Shown in pieces: positions 36,208 through 50,945 of a DNA stretch of 64,000 nt. The DNA is from Eledone cirrhosa (Eukaryota), in contig OZ024742.1 of NCBI GenBank assembly GCA_964016885.1, positions 71,424,001 to 71,488,000 of the forward strand. The letters are read 5' to 3'. How positions within the stretch are numbered: the stretch's first letter is position 1; each line of letters begins with the position of its first letter. The notes beneath the pieces are model-generated. The model ran no database searches. It was not told the origin of the DNA and worked only from the letters and a program-made list of their open reading frames with translations. A program made the position numbers and the translations under genes.

Positions 36208-36786
36208 TACACAACTTACAACCACTAGATAAGAGCACCTCAACTTCAAGTATTAAAACTACATGTAGAAGGCCCTCAACATAGTTTAATCCCCCTTATA
36301 GCAAACATATAGTTTTAAATATACCTAAATGTTTCTTTAGTATAATTGATCAAAATTTTCCCTAATCACGTAAGTACCACAAATAAAAATCCTATTAAAC
36401 TTCCTTCTCAACAACACCCAATTTAGCAGAATATTTAGCACCGAGTAACTGTGCTAAATTGAATATGTGTAGTTTAATATCAGACAATATAGTCGATTCT
36501 ACCAAAATGAGAACACAGATAACTAAAAGTAAACCTCACCCTTGTAGAAGTCTAAATCAATTAAATAATCTTAATACAGTATCTCACACTCATGCTAAGC
36601 CAATAGCTAACCATAACTATACCTGTAGACAGCCACAAAATCGCCCCTCCCCCATCCTGCTGGTAATTGCCTCATATCTAACATAGTATGTCAGTGCACT
36701 GTTTCTATACCTAATGATACTAAAGCTTACATTAATGCAATGTCAAATAATTTTAAATCATGATACTATTCCTACCTCCACTGTGT

Positions 36787-39700
36787 TGAAATATAGCTAG
36801 GTCTATTGAATATATGTAACATAGTGAGATATAGCTAGGTCTATTGAATATTTGTGACAGTGAGATATAGCTATGTCTATTGAATATTTGTGACATAGTG
36901 AGATATAGCTAGGTCTATTGAATATTTGTGACATAGTGAGATATAGCTAGGTCTGTATTGAATATTTGTGACATACTGAGATATAGCTAGGTCTGTATTG
37001 AATATTTGTAACATAGTGAGATATAGCTAGGTCTATTGAATATATGTGACATAGTGAGATATAGCTAGGTCTATTGAATATTTGTGACATAGTGAGATAT
37101 AGCTAGGTCTATTGAATATATGTGACATAGTGAGATATAGCTAGGTCTGTATTGAATATATGTGACATAGTGAGATATAGCTAGGTCTGTATTGAATATA
37201 TGTGACATAGTGAGATATAGCTAGGTCTATTGAATATATGTGACATAGTGAGATATAGCTAGGTCTATTGAATATTTGTAACATAGTGAGATATAGCTAG
37301 GTCTATTGAATATATGTGACATAGTGAGATATAGCTAGGTCTATTGAATATATGTAACATAGTGAGATATAGCTAGGTCTATTGAATATTTGTAACATAG
37401 TAAGATATAGCTAGGTCTATTGAATATATGTGACATAGTGAGATATAGCTAGGTCTATTGAATATATGTGACATAGTGAGATACAGCTAGGTCTATTGAA
37501 TATATGTGACATAGTGAGATATAGCTAGGTATATTGAATATATGTGACATAGTGAGATATAGCTAGGTCTGTATTGAATATTTGTGACATAGTGAGATAT
37601 AGCTAGGTCTATTGAATATATGTGACATAGTGAAATATAGCTAGGTCTATTGAATATATGTGACATAGTGAGATACAGCTAGGTCTGTATTGAATATTTG
37701 TGACATAGTGAGATATAGCTAGGTCTATTGAATATATGTGACATAGTGAGATATAGCTAGGTCTATTGAATATATGTGACATAGTGAGATACAGCTAGGT
37801 CTATTGAATATATGTGACATAGTGAGATATAGCTAGGTCTATTGAATATATGTGACATAGTGAGATATAGCTAGGTCTGTATTGAATATTTGTGACATAG
37901 TGAGATATAGCTAGGTCTATTGAATATATGTGACATAGTGAGATATAGCTAGGTCTGTATTGAATATATGTGACATAGTGAGATATAGCTAGGTCTGTAT
38001 TGAATATATGTGACATAGTGAGATATAGCTAGGTCTATTGAATATATGTGACATAGTGAGATATAGCTAGGTCTATTGAATATTTGTAACATAGTGAGAT
38101 ATAGCTAGGTCTATTGAATACATGTGACATAGTGAGATATAGCTAGGTCTATTGAATATATGTAACATAGTGAGATATAGCTAGGTCTATTGAATATTTG
38201 TGACATAGTGAGATATAGCTAGGTCTGTATTGAATATTTGTGACATACTGAGATATAGCTAGGTCTGTATTGAATATTTGTAACATAGTGAGATATAGCT
38301 AGGTCTATTGAATATATGTGACATAGTGAGATATAGCTAGGTCTATTGAATATTTGTGACATAGTGAGATATAGCTAGGTCTATTGAATATATGTGACAT
38401 AGTGAGATATAGCTAGGTCTGTATTGAATATATGTGACATAGTGAGATATAGCTAGGTCTGTATTGAATATATGTGACATAGTGAGATATAGCTAGGTCT
38501 ATTGAATATATGTGACATAGTGAGATATAGCTAGGTCTATTGAATATTTGTAACATAGTGAGATATAGCTAGGTCTATTGAATATATGTGACATAGTGAG
38601 ATATAGCTAGGTCTATTGAATATATGTAACATAGTGAGATATAGCTAGGTCTATTGAATATTTGTAACATAGTGAGATATAGCTAGGTCTATTGAATATA
38701 TGTGACATAGTGAGATATAGCTAGGTCTATTGAATATATGTGACATAGTGAGACATAGCTAGGTCTATTGAATATTTGTGACATAGTGAGATATAGCTAG
38801 GTCTATTGAATATATGTGACATAGTGAGATATAGCTAGGTCTGTATTGAATATTTGTGACATAGTGAGATATAGCTAGGTCTATTGAATATATGTGACAT
38901 AGTGAGATATAGCTAGGTCTATTGAATATATGTGACATAGTGAGATACAGCTAGGTCTGTATTGAATATTTGTGACATAGTGAGATATAGCTAGGTCTAT
39001 TGAATATATGTGACATAGTGAGATACAGCTAGGTCTATTGAATATATGTGACATAGTGAGATATAGCTAGGTCTATTGAATATATGTAACATAGTGAGAT
39101 ATAGCTAGGTCTGTATTGAATATTTGTGACATAGTGAGATATAGCTAGGTCTATTGAATATATGTGACATAGTGAGATATAGCTAGGTCTATTGAATATA
39201 TGTGACATAGTGAGATACAGCTAGGTCTGTATTGAATATTTGTGACATAGTGAGATATAGCTAGGTCTATTGAATATATGTGACATAGTGAGATATAGCT
39301 AGGTCTGTATTGAATATTTGTGACATAGTGAGATATAGCTAGGTCTATTGAATATATGTGACATAGTGAGATATAGCTAGGTCTATTGAATATTTGTGAC
39401 ATAGTGAGATATAGCTAGGTCTATTGAATATATGTGACATAGTGAGATATAGCTAGGTCTATTGAATATATGTGACATAGTGAGATATAGCTAGGTCTAT
39501 TGAATATATGTGACATAGTGAGATATAGCTAGGTCTATTGAATATATGTGACATAGTGAGATATATCTAGGTCTGTATTGAATATATGTGACATAGTGAG
39601 ATATAGCTAGGTCTGTATTGAATATATGTGACATAGTGAGATATAGCTAGGTCTATTGAATATATGTGACATAGTGAGATATAGCTAGGTCTATTGAATA

Positions 39701-42700
39701 TTTGTGACATAGTGAGATATAGCTAGGTCTATTGAATATATGTGACATAGTGAGATATAGCTAGGTCTGTATTGAATATATGTGACATAGTGAGATATAG
39801 CTAGGTCTGTATTGAATATATGTGACATAGTGAGATATAGCTAGGTCTATTGAATATATGTGACATAGTGAGATATAGCTAGGTCTATTGAATATATGTG
39901 ACATAGTGAGATACAGCTAGGTCTGTATTGAATATTTGTGACATAGTGAGATATAGCTAGGTCTATTGAATATATGTGACATAGTGAGATACAGCTAGGT
40001 CTATTGAATATATGTGACATAGTGAGATATAGCTAGGTCTATTGAATATATGTAACATAGTGAGATATAGCTAGGTCTGTATTGAATATTTGTGACATAG
40101 TGAGATATAGCTAGGTCTATTGAATATATGTGACATAGTGAGATATAGCTAGGTCTATTGAATATATGTGACATAGTGAGATACAGCTAGGTCTGTATTG
40201 AATATTTGTGACATAGTGAGATATAGCTAGGTCTATTGAATATATGTGACATAGTGAGATATAGCTAGGTCTGTATTGAATATTTGTGACATAGTGAGAT
40301 ATAGCTAGGTCTATTGAATATATGTGACATAGTGAGATATAGCTAGGTCTATTGAATATTTGTGACATAGTGAGATATAGCTAGGTCTATTGAATATATG
40401 TGACATAGTGAGATATAGCTAGGTCTATTGAATATATGTGACATAGTGAGATATAGCTAGGTCTATTGAATATATGTGACATAGTGAGATATAGCTAGGT
40501 CTATTGAATATATGTGACATAGTGAGATATATCTAGGTCTGTATTGAATATATGTGACATAGTGAGATATAGCTAGGTCTGTATTGAATATATGTGACAT
40601 AGTGAGATATAGCTAGGTCTATTGAATATATGTGACATAGTGAGATATAGCTAGGTCTATTGAATATTTGTGACATAGTGAGATATAGCTAGGTCTATTG
40701 AATATATGTGACATAGTGAGATATAGCTAGGTCTGTATTGAATATATGTGACATAGTGAGATATAGCTAGGTCTGTATTGAATATATGTGACATAGTGAG
40801 ATATAGCTAGGTCTATTGAATATATGTGACATAGTGAGATATAGCTAGGTCTATTGAATATTTGTAACATTGTGAGATATAGCTAGGTCTATTGAATATA
40901 TGTGACATAGTGAGATATAGCTAGGTCTATTGAATATATGTGACATAGTGAGATATAGCTAGGTCTATTGAATATTTGTGACATAGTGAGATATAGCTAG
41001 GTCTATTGAATATATGTGACATAGTGAGATATAGCTAGGTCTATTGAATATATGTGACATAGTGAGATACAGCTAGGTCTATTGAATATATGTGACATAG
41101 TGAGATATAGCTAGGTCTATTGAATATATGTGACATAGTGAGATATAGCTAGGTCTGTATTGAATATTTGTGACATAGTGAGATATAGCTAGGTCAATTG
41201 AATATATGTGACATAGTGAGATGTAGCTAGGTCTATTGAATATATGTGACATAGTGAGATACAGCTAGGTCTGTATTGAATATTTGTGACATAGTGAGAT
41301 ATAGCTAGGTCTATTGAATATATGTGACATAGTGAGATATAGCTAGGTCTATTGAATATATGTGACATAGTGAGATACAGCTAGGTCTATTGAATATATG
41401 TGACATAGTGAGATATAGCTAGGTCTATTGAATATATGTGACATAGTGAGATATAGCTAGGTCTGTATTGAATATTTGTGACATAGTGAGATATAGCTAG
41501 GTCTATTGAATATATGTGACATAGTGAGATATAGCTAGGTCTATTGAATATATGTGACATAGTGTGATACAGCTAGGTCTGTATTGAATATTTGTGACAT
41601 AGTGAGATATAGCTAGGTCTATTGAATATATGTGACATAGTGAGATATAGCTAGGTCTATTGAATATATGTGACATAGTGAGATATAGCTAGGTCTGTAT
41701 TGAATATATGTGACATAGTGAGATATAGCTAGGTCTATTGAATATATGTGACATAGTGAGATATAGCTAGGTCTATTGAATATATGTGACATAGTGAGAT
41801 ATAGCTAGGTCTATTGAATATATGTGACATAGTGAGATATAGCTAGGTCTATTGAATATATGTGACTTAGTGACATATAGCTAGGTCTATTGAATATTTG
41901 TGACATAGTGAGATATAGCTAGGTCTATTGAATATATGTGACATAGTGAGATACAGCTAGGTCTATTGAATATATGTGACATAGTGAGATATAGCTAGGT
42001 CTATTGAATATATGTGACATAGTGAGATATAGCTAGGTCTGTATTGAATATTTGTGACATAGTGAGATATAGCTAGGTCTATTGAATATATGTGACATAG
42101 TGAGATATAGCTAGGTCTATTGAATATATGTGACATAGTGAGATACAGCTAGGTCTGTATTGAATATTTGTGACATAGTGAGATATAGCTAGGTCTATTG
42201 AATATATGTGACATAGTGAGATATAGCTAGGTCTATTGAATATATGTGACATAGTGAGATACAGCTAGGTCTATTGAATATATGTGACATAGTGAGATAT
42301 AGCTAGGTCTATTGAATATATGTGACATAGTGAGATATAGCTAGGTCTGTATTGAATATTTGTGACATAGTGAGATATAGCTAGGTCTATTGAATATATG
42401 TGACATAGTGAGATATAGCTAGGTCTATTGAATATATGTGACATAGTGAGATACAGCTAGGTCTGTATTGAATATTTGTGACATAGTGAGATATAGCTAG
42501 GTCTATTGAATATATGTGACATAGTGAGATATAGCTAGGTCTGTATTGAATATTTGTGACATAGTGAGATATAGCTAGGTCTATTGAATATATGTGACAT
42601 AGTGAGATATAGCTAGGTCTATTGAATATATGTGACATAGTGAGATATGGCTAGGTCTATTGAATATATGTGACATAGTGAGATATAGCTAGGTCTATTG

Positions 42701-44940
42701 AATATATGTGACATAGTGAGATATAGCTAGGTCTATTGAATATATGTGACATTGTGAGATATAGCTAGGTCTGTATTGAATATTTGTGACATAGTGAGAT
42801 ATAGCTAGGTCTATTGAATATATGTGACATAGTGAGATATAGCTAGGTCTATTGAATATATGTGACATAGTGAGATATAGCTAGGTCTGTATTGAATATT
42901 TGTGACATAGTGAGATATAGCTAGGTCTATTGAATATATGTGACATAGTGAGATATAGCTAGGTCTGTATTGAATATTTGTGACATAGTGAGATATAGCT
43001 AGGTCTATTGAATATTTGTGACATAGTGAGATATAGCTAGGTCTGTATTGAATATTTGTGATATAGCTAGGTCTGTATTGAATATTTGTGACATAGTGAG
43101 ATATAGCTAGGTCTATTGAATATTTGTGACATAGTGAGATATAGCTAGGTCTGTATTGAATATTTGTGACATAGTGAGATATAGCTAGGTCTATTGAATA
43201 TATGTGACATAGTGAGATATAGCTAGGTCTATTGAATATTTGTGACATAGTGAGATATAGCTAGGTCTGTATTGAATATTTGTGACATAGTGAGATATAG
43301 CTAGGTCTATTGAATATATGTGACATAGTGAGATATAGCTAGGTCTATTGAATATATGTGACATAGTGAGATATAGCTAGGTCTATTGAATATATGTGAC
43401 ATAGTGAGATATAGCTAGGTCTGTATTGAATATTTGTGACATAGTGAGATATAGCTAGGTCTATTGAATATATGTGACATAGTGAGATATAGCTAGGTCT
43501 ATTGAATATATGTGACATAGTGAGATATAGCTAGGTCTATTGAATATATGTGACATAGTGAGATATAGCTAGGTCTATTGAATATTTGTGACATAGTGAG
43601 ATATAGCTAGGTCTGTATTGAATATTTGTGACATAGTGAGATATAGCTAGGTCTGTATTGAATATATGTGACATAGTGAGATATAGCTAGGTCTATTGAA
43701 TATTTGTGACATAGTGAGATATAGCTAGGTCTGTATTGAATATTTGTGACATAGTGAGATATAGCTAGGTCTATTGAATATTTGTGACATAGTGAGATAT
43801 AGCTAGGTCTGTATTGAATATTTGTGACATAGTGAGATATAGCTAGGTCTATTGAATATATGTGACATAGTGAGATATAGCTAGGTCTGTATTGAATATT
43901 TGTGACATAGTGAGATATAGCTAGGTCTATTGAATATATGTGACATAGTGAGATATAGCTAGGTCTATTGAATATATGTGACATAGTGAGATATAGCTAA
44001 GTCTATTGAATATATGTGACATAGTGAGATATAGCTAGGTCTATTGAATATATGTGACATAGTGAGATATAGCTAGGTCTGTATTGAATATTTGTGACAT
44101 AGTGAGATATAGCTAGGTCTATTGAATATATGTGACATAGTGAGATATAGCTAGGTCTATTGAATATATGTGACATAGTGAGATATAGCTAGGTCTGTAT
44201 TGAATATTTGTGACATAGTGAGATATAGCTAGGTCTATTGAATATATGTGACATAGTGAGATATAGCTAGGTCTATTGAATATATGTGACATAGTGAGAT
44301 ATAGCTAGGTCTATTGAATATTTGTGACATAGTGAGATATAGCTAGGTCTATTGAATATATGTGACATAGTGAGATATAGCTAGGTCTATTGAATATTTG
44401 TGACATAGTGAGATATAGCTATGTCTGTTGAATATTTGTGACATAGTGAGATATAGCTAGGTCTATTGAATATATGTGACATAGTGAGATATAGCCAGGT
44501 CTGTATTGAATATTTGTGACATAGTGAGATATAGCTAGGTCTATTGAATATATGTGACATAGTGAGATATAGCTAGGTCTATTGAATATATGTGACATAG
44601 TGAGATATAGCTAGGTCTGTATTGAATATTTGTGACATAGTGAGATATAGCTAGGTCTATTGAATATATGTGACATAGTGAGATATAGCTAGGTCTATTG
44701 AATATATGTGACATAGTGAGATATAGCTAGGTCTATTGAATATTTGTGACATAGTGAGATATAGCTAGGTCTATTGAATATATGTGACATAGTGAGATAT
44801 AGCTAGGTCTATTGAATATATGTGACATAGTGAGATATAGCTAGGTCTGTATTGAATATTTGTGACATACTGAGATATAGCTAGGTCTGTATTGAATATT
44901 TGTGACATACTGAGATATAGCTAGGTTTACTGAATATTTT
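36787..44940. repeat. 38/40-bp satellite, ~8.15 kb (~210 units)
   Basis: Unit CTATTGAATATATGTGACATAGTGAGATATAGCTAGGT (38 bp) with a +GT 40-bp variant and TAT/TTT, ATAT/ATAC SNP variants. Confidence 0.99.
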
Positions 44941-45732
44941 ATAGCCACTTAAAATGCAAGGTGTGTCTTTCTTTTAGGCGTTTATTGAATGAGAAATATC
45001 CTGTTAAAATGTATTTTTAGTTCCAGGAATTCAATACTAGTTTCCTTCTGGTATGTTCTTGTATTCTTTTACTTATTCCAGACATTAGAATGTGGCCATG
45101 CTGGAACATTTCCACCAAGAATTTTTTACTTGATCATATTGACCTCGGTGCTTATTTTAGTTTACCACTATTTTGTCAAATTGCTAAGTTGCAAGAAACA
45201 AGATAAACTTTTTAGATAAATTAAATAAACATTTGAGAATAAAGAACTGAGTGTCAGTTTGTGTGTAGGTGGGGGTATATAAAGAGACTTAAGGAGTACT
45301 CCATTTGATGAGAATAGATAATTTCATCAGCCTCTGCCTGTCATTAACATTGTCTCTTGGGACTTGTTTCTGTATTTGAAGGTGGTCCTACTAAATTTTA
45401 GTGTTTCTATATTTGTAGGGAGGTGGATAAATAGATAACTAGATCAGTATATAGATATGTAGATAGATAGGTGGACAAGCTAATTAGTATTGAGACAGAG
45501 AGAGGTAGGTAGATCAATACATTGATTCACTGACAGATATATGATGATAAACTGAGAGAGAGAGAGAGAGATGATAGGAAATAAAGATATGGCTGGCTCC
45601 AGAAATCTCTTGCATATCTGACACAACCTAAAAACATTTTAGATTATTAAGATCATCATCATCATCATCACCAGTTAACATGTACCATTTGAGCAGCTTC
45701 CTTTTTCTGCTCTTACTCATCAACTCTTGCTG

Positions 45733-45776
<44 letters not shown>

Positions 45777-47797
45777 TGGAAGAAGAATACTTACAGCCTC
45801 TTTCTTCTTCTAAACTTAGTTTTGCATGGCGCCAGTCTTATATTGCCATCAATATTGTTCCATGTGGTGGCCTTGAATTGACATTACCTAATCCGGTAAG
45901 ATCCATTTGAATCCCACATTTATTAGAATCTTGGCTATGCATTTCCATTTCTGAAGAAAACCAACAATGAGGAGTGGCTAGAGGTGGAAAGGTTGACAAT
46001 GAGGAAACATTCTAATGCAGATCATACACACACACACACATAATGAAAGCCATTCCAGACATGACTATCCTGTCTTTTTCTGTGCAACTGTCAACAAGTT
46101 CCTTCCCTGGTCTCATAGATAGCAGTAGGGTCTTGTTTAAACAACCTTGCTAATCAGTTTTCAGTTTAAATCTGCTTTAACACTTTCATTACTAGGTTTC
46201 TAATAAAAAACACTGTCTATGATTTTCAAATAATTTTGAAAATAATAAAGAATTTGGAAAGGTCTCAAGATATGAACCTTTGTGAATATATCCACACCTC
46301 CCAGGACAGGTTATAGGCCTATTGCCAATTCTCACAGCATTGGATGAAGGCTGCAATATATTTTTTGAACAGGCTTTTCTACCTAAAGACCCCTTGTTAC
46401 TCTATGCAAAGGTTAACGTGATATGATTGCATTTATTGCATCTAACCATATTGCAGTTTTTAATTGCCTTGTAGCTACTGCACTGGTTTGTGAGAGTTAT
46501 CTTGGGTGATAACAGTGTCACTCATTGCTCCATCTCCCCTTGTAGTATATTCACCCAGCATGAGCCCACTTTTATTGCAACTAACCATCATATCTGGGAG
46601 CCATATCACTATCTGCCACCTACGACCCATTCGCTAGCAGAACAGCTCTGTTGAGAACCTGGAGGATTTAATAATATAACTTTCATATTTTAACAATGTT
46701 TTTCCATAAAAGAAGACGCTACTTTTTTCCTAAAAATAAGTCTCAAAAATCTACCATGCGTCCCGGAGGCTGAAGGTTATTTATTATTTTTTTTTCAAAT
46801 TTTTGGTTGTCAAAATTAGGGTCCATCTTTGAGGACAAAGCATCTTCGGTTCCAGGAAATAAATACTTTGACTTTTAATGTCCTGTACTGCATTAGCAAG
46901 ATATTCTTGAAAAGTATAAAACAAAACATTATAACTGTATCACATTACCAGTCTATCTATATTCTAATATTGCAATCTTTCACAATGATATATCTACTCA
47001 TAAAGACACTATAAACATTTTAATCAAGAAACCTATTTTTAGACATTTTCTGCTAAATCCTTACTGGATGTTATGTATCCTGGAGTGGTTTCAGGTGGTT
47101 TGGTATCAAAAGGATTATAGAATTTCTTGTGTTTCTAGTCAAAATACTTCAACCTCAGTTCACCTAGCTGTTAATAATAGATATCAGATTATCTAGTAAA
47201 TGTTACCTGTGATAGACTGGGGTCTTATCAAATTGTTAGCAATAGATACCAGATTATTTGGTGAATGATACCTATGATACACTGGTGTCCTGTCAGATGT
47301 AAGTAAGAGATTTATCTTTTGTCCATTTTACAGTATCATGCGAGAACTAAGTAATAAGTGTGAAAGACAAGGGCTCAGAAACCCCCCCCCCCCCCCACAC
47401 ACACACACACTGCATTCAGCTGGTACTTCTTGCATTGTTAATCGGTTTCTACATCTTCTTGGATGACAACAAATTATTTTTTATGTTAAAAACAAAAATA
47501 AAAAAAATCCAATATGGTATATACATTTCATTGGCTATCCTAGGTCGTGGGAATAGAGGGTAGTGGTTCATAGCAAGGTTTGAACTTCTCACCATGAGAT
47601 TATTTGTTCAAAACCATACCTTTACAGCTACTGTGCCTCCATATTAAATTATTTGTGTGTGTATGTAGGGGGGAAGGTGTATATAAATATTCCTATGTGT
47701 GTAAGTGGGAAAGAGAGTGAGGGAGGTGTTTATCATATGTTTGCGGCTCTCTTCGCTCTTTGGCTTCCTTTTTCTCTTTACTCCTTCAGATCTGTGA

Positions 47798-47960
47798 AGG
47801 CATGTGGCTTAGTAGTTATGGTGTTGGAATCACGTTCACAAGTTTATGGTTGGATTCCTCTACCGGACAGCATGCCGTGACCTTCAGCAGAGCGCTTCAT
47901 TTCATGTTGCTCCAGTCCACTCAGCTGGGGAATAAATGAATACTGGCAGTTAACTGCTAA
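47798..47960 (+). mobile_element. Family 1 SINE
   Basis: GTGGCTTAGTAG A box, GGTTGGATTCC B-box-like motif, TGTTGCTCCAGTCCACTCAGCTG body. Confidence 0.75.
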
Positions 47961-48839
47961 AATGGGCAGGTATCCAGCACATATCTTTTTGTGATAGGAT
48001 GGTCCCCTATAATTAAAACAGAAAACAATGAGATACAACTTCATAGGAGGCCAGCTAAATTTACATAGGTGTGAGCTGTAACAATTCCATCAGATATCAA
48101 TCACTCTAAAGAAAATAGTAAAATGCTTTGGTTAGTTGATAGTTAAAATGTAGTTTGAGGAAGTCTAACTATAATACAATGCCACTTAGTACATGATAAC
48201 AACAGCAGTGATGATGATGATGATGGATTCATGTTTGTTATTGTATCAACAGTACAATATAGGTGTGTAAGTTGTAGAAACTGTACACTGCAGAAGAGTC
48301 AGTCAGAGGATTACTCACCTATGGATATAATGACAGGTGGAAAGGAGAGAGAGGCTTTTGTTGGCTTATTTTCTAACCCATAGATGAATCATTCTTGCAA
48401 AGTGGAGCTGAGGTGTGTGTTATATTCACTGCTCTCTTTCTCTCTCTCCCATTATTTTACCAATGATAGTGGTGTAGGTGGTGTGTGAGATTTGTGTGCA
48501 CCTGTGTGTATGTGCATGCATGTATGTGTGTGTGCATCTGTGCACACGTTTGACTTATGTTAATTAATCTCAAGTATTTATGTTGCTATTGCCATTCAGT
48601 AGTAACAACCCTGTTCTTGGTGAGAATAGAATCATCATCATCATTATTCATTGGCAGTATTGTCTGAGCATTTGACAAAATGAACACTGAAATGAAATGT
48701 TACATCTCACACCTATACATGTTTACTTGGCCTCCTACAAGGTTGTATTTTATAGGTGGTTAATGACAGGAGACCTAGTCTGTCATGGAAAGCAACATGA
48801 AATGAAGCTCAAGAACATATGAAAACCTCTCGACTGTGA

Positions 48840-49150
48840 GTGTTATGATAAAATGCTCCCAGTACACTTTTTTAAATTGGTAGTACTGGTGTCATGATAA
48901 AATGTACACAGTAGACTTTGTAAAATGGGAGTATTGATGCCATGGTAAAAGGCACCCAGAACACTAGTGTTGGTGCTATGATAAAATACACCCAGTACAT
49001 CCTCTAAAGTGGTTGGCATTAGGGAGGGAATTCAATCTTAGAAACTATATCCAAATATGATGCGCAAAGCCTGGTATGTGGACCAGCTTGTCTTAGACTG
49101 CAACAACTTGTCCAAGCCATGCCACCATGGAAAGCAGCTATAAAATGATG
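48840..49150 (+). mobile_element. RTE-UTR/SINE fragment with ~4 degenerate internal ~45-bp repeats
   Basis: ATGATAAAAT..CCCAGTACAC repeated, then GTGGTTGGCATTAGGG and a degenerate CCATGCC.CCATGG tail. Confidence 0.55.
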
Positions 49151-49400
49151 GAGATAAAAATGTAGTGCATTTGATGCTGTGTGACATTGTCAGGTGATGT
49201 CATAGCAACACATTCTACCACACTGATAAAAGCAACTTCAAAATGGGGTTAGGGCGACAATTTCTTGCTTATGCCATAATATGACAGGACACTTTGATAA
49301 GAGTTTCTAGTTTGAATTACTTAGCAGCAGAAATTCTATCTCTGTTGTTTTGCATAGTAAACACTTTAATTTAATTGCTCTCTCTGTCTCACCCCCTCTT

Positions 49401-50470
49401 GCACTTTATAACACTGTATATATAATCGAGGCATTGTATAACACTGTATATATAATCGAGGCATAGTATAACACTGTATATATAATTGATGCATTGTATA
49501 ACACTATATACAATTGAGGCATTGTATGACACTGTATATACAATTGAGGCATTGTATAACACTGTATATACAATTGAGGCATTGTATAACACTATATACA
49601 ATTGAGGCATTGTATAACACTGTATATACAATTGAGGCATTGTATAACACTATATACAATTGAGGCATTGAATAACACTATATATAATTGAGTCATTGTA
49701 TAACACTATATATAATTGAGTCATTGTATGACACTATATAGATAAATGATGCATTGTATAACACTGTATATACAATTGAAGCATTGTATAACACTGTATA
49801 TACAATTGAGGCATTGTATAACACTGTATATACAATTGAGGCATTGTATAACACTGTATATATAATTGAGTCATTGTATAACACTATATATAATTGAGTC
49901 ATTGTATAACACTATATATAATTGAGTCATTGTATGACACTATATAGATAAATAATGCATTGTATAACACTGTATATACAATTGAGGCATTGTATAACAC
50001 TGTATATACAATTGAGGCATTGTATAACACTGTATATACAATTGAGGCATTGTATAACACTGTATATATAATTGAGGCATTGTATAACACTATATACAAT
50101 TGAGGCATTGAATAACACTATATATAATTGAGGCATTGTATAACACTATATATAATTGAGGCATTGTATAACACTATATATAATTGAGGCATTGTATAAC
50201 ACTATATGTATATTATGTGTTATACACAATTGAAGCAGTGTATAATACAATTGAGGCATTGTATACCACTGTATATACACTTCAGGCATTGTATAACAAT
50301 GCATGTACATTGTATTGCTGTGTATATACAATTGAAGCTTTGTATAACGATATATATACATTGTATAACAGTATATCAAATTCAGGCTTTGTAAAAGAAT
50401 GTATATACAATTGAGGCATAGTATAACAGTGTATATACATTGTTATACAAATGTATACACATTATATAAC
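49401..50470. repeat. 28/30-bp minisatellite with a 206-bp higher-order duplication
   Basis: ACACTGTATATACAATTGAGGCATTGTATA units; rare GATAAAT variant at 49741 and 49947. Confidence 0.95.
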
Positions 50471-50489
50471 AAAACTATTAATCAACTTT

Positions 50490-50692
50490 TAAATTTCTTT
50501 TACTGATTTCACTCATTAGACTGGTAATGCTGAGACACTGCCTTGAAGAGATTTGGTCAGTCATATTGACCCCACTACTTTAGTCAATTGTATTGACACC
50601 ACTAATGTTTTTAATATCAGCTATTCATTTTATTGATCTTGTTTTGTCAGATTGCTAAATTATGGGGCAAACAAATAAAGATATGGACAATT

Positions 50693-50791
<99 letters not shown>

Positions 50792-50945
50792 ATTTAGTTT
50801 CTCATTTAAAAAGCATTGCTCAACCTGAATTTTCAGTAGAAGGTATTTGTCCAAAGTACTGCACAGTGGGATTAAACATGAAACCATGTGGTTGTGATGT
50901 AAGCCTAAATACCCAGCCTCAGCCATACCTACACCACACAGCCAT
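50490..50945 (-). mobile_element. Family 3 composite SINE with an internal (CT)n
   Basis: Tail ACTGATTTCACTCATTAGACTGG..ATGCTGAGACACTGCCTTGAAG; head AGTAGAAG..TTGTCCAAAG..GGGATTAAAC..AAACCATGTGGTTG. Confidence 0.7.

Larger units (their letters stand above)
34330..36782 (+). mobile_element. Degenerate Penelope-like retroelement (RT plus GIY-YIG; Naiad-like), interrupted by Helitrons
   Basis: DIGKISKK, DVIKWF, FIQLDIDSYY, DITMGSSDSVQVTDLVGLFLL, GGLYHDDAL, VNFLNITF, YNEAL.KSGY; resumes at ~36280 with FNPPYSK, then TCRQ..GNCLISNIVCQCTV..KAYI..NFK. Confidence 0.8.

Noticed and set aside
36755-36770. Selenocysteine UGA in the Naiad-like endonuclease
   Set aside because: The TGA falls where Arg is expected (FKxRY), consistent with CGA>TGA decay; no SECIS seen
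36787-44940. ORFs in the satellite (e.g. 42811-43248) or a CRISPR-like array
   Set aside because: Translations of a tandem repeat; no unique spacers
44941-45060. Continuation of the Penelope-like element after the satellite
   Set aside because: Only a vague RNS..YV resemblance; not supportable without alignment
46290-46660. Possible mariner-like transposase relic
   Set aside because: No convincing conserved motif could be read in any frame
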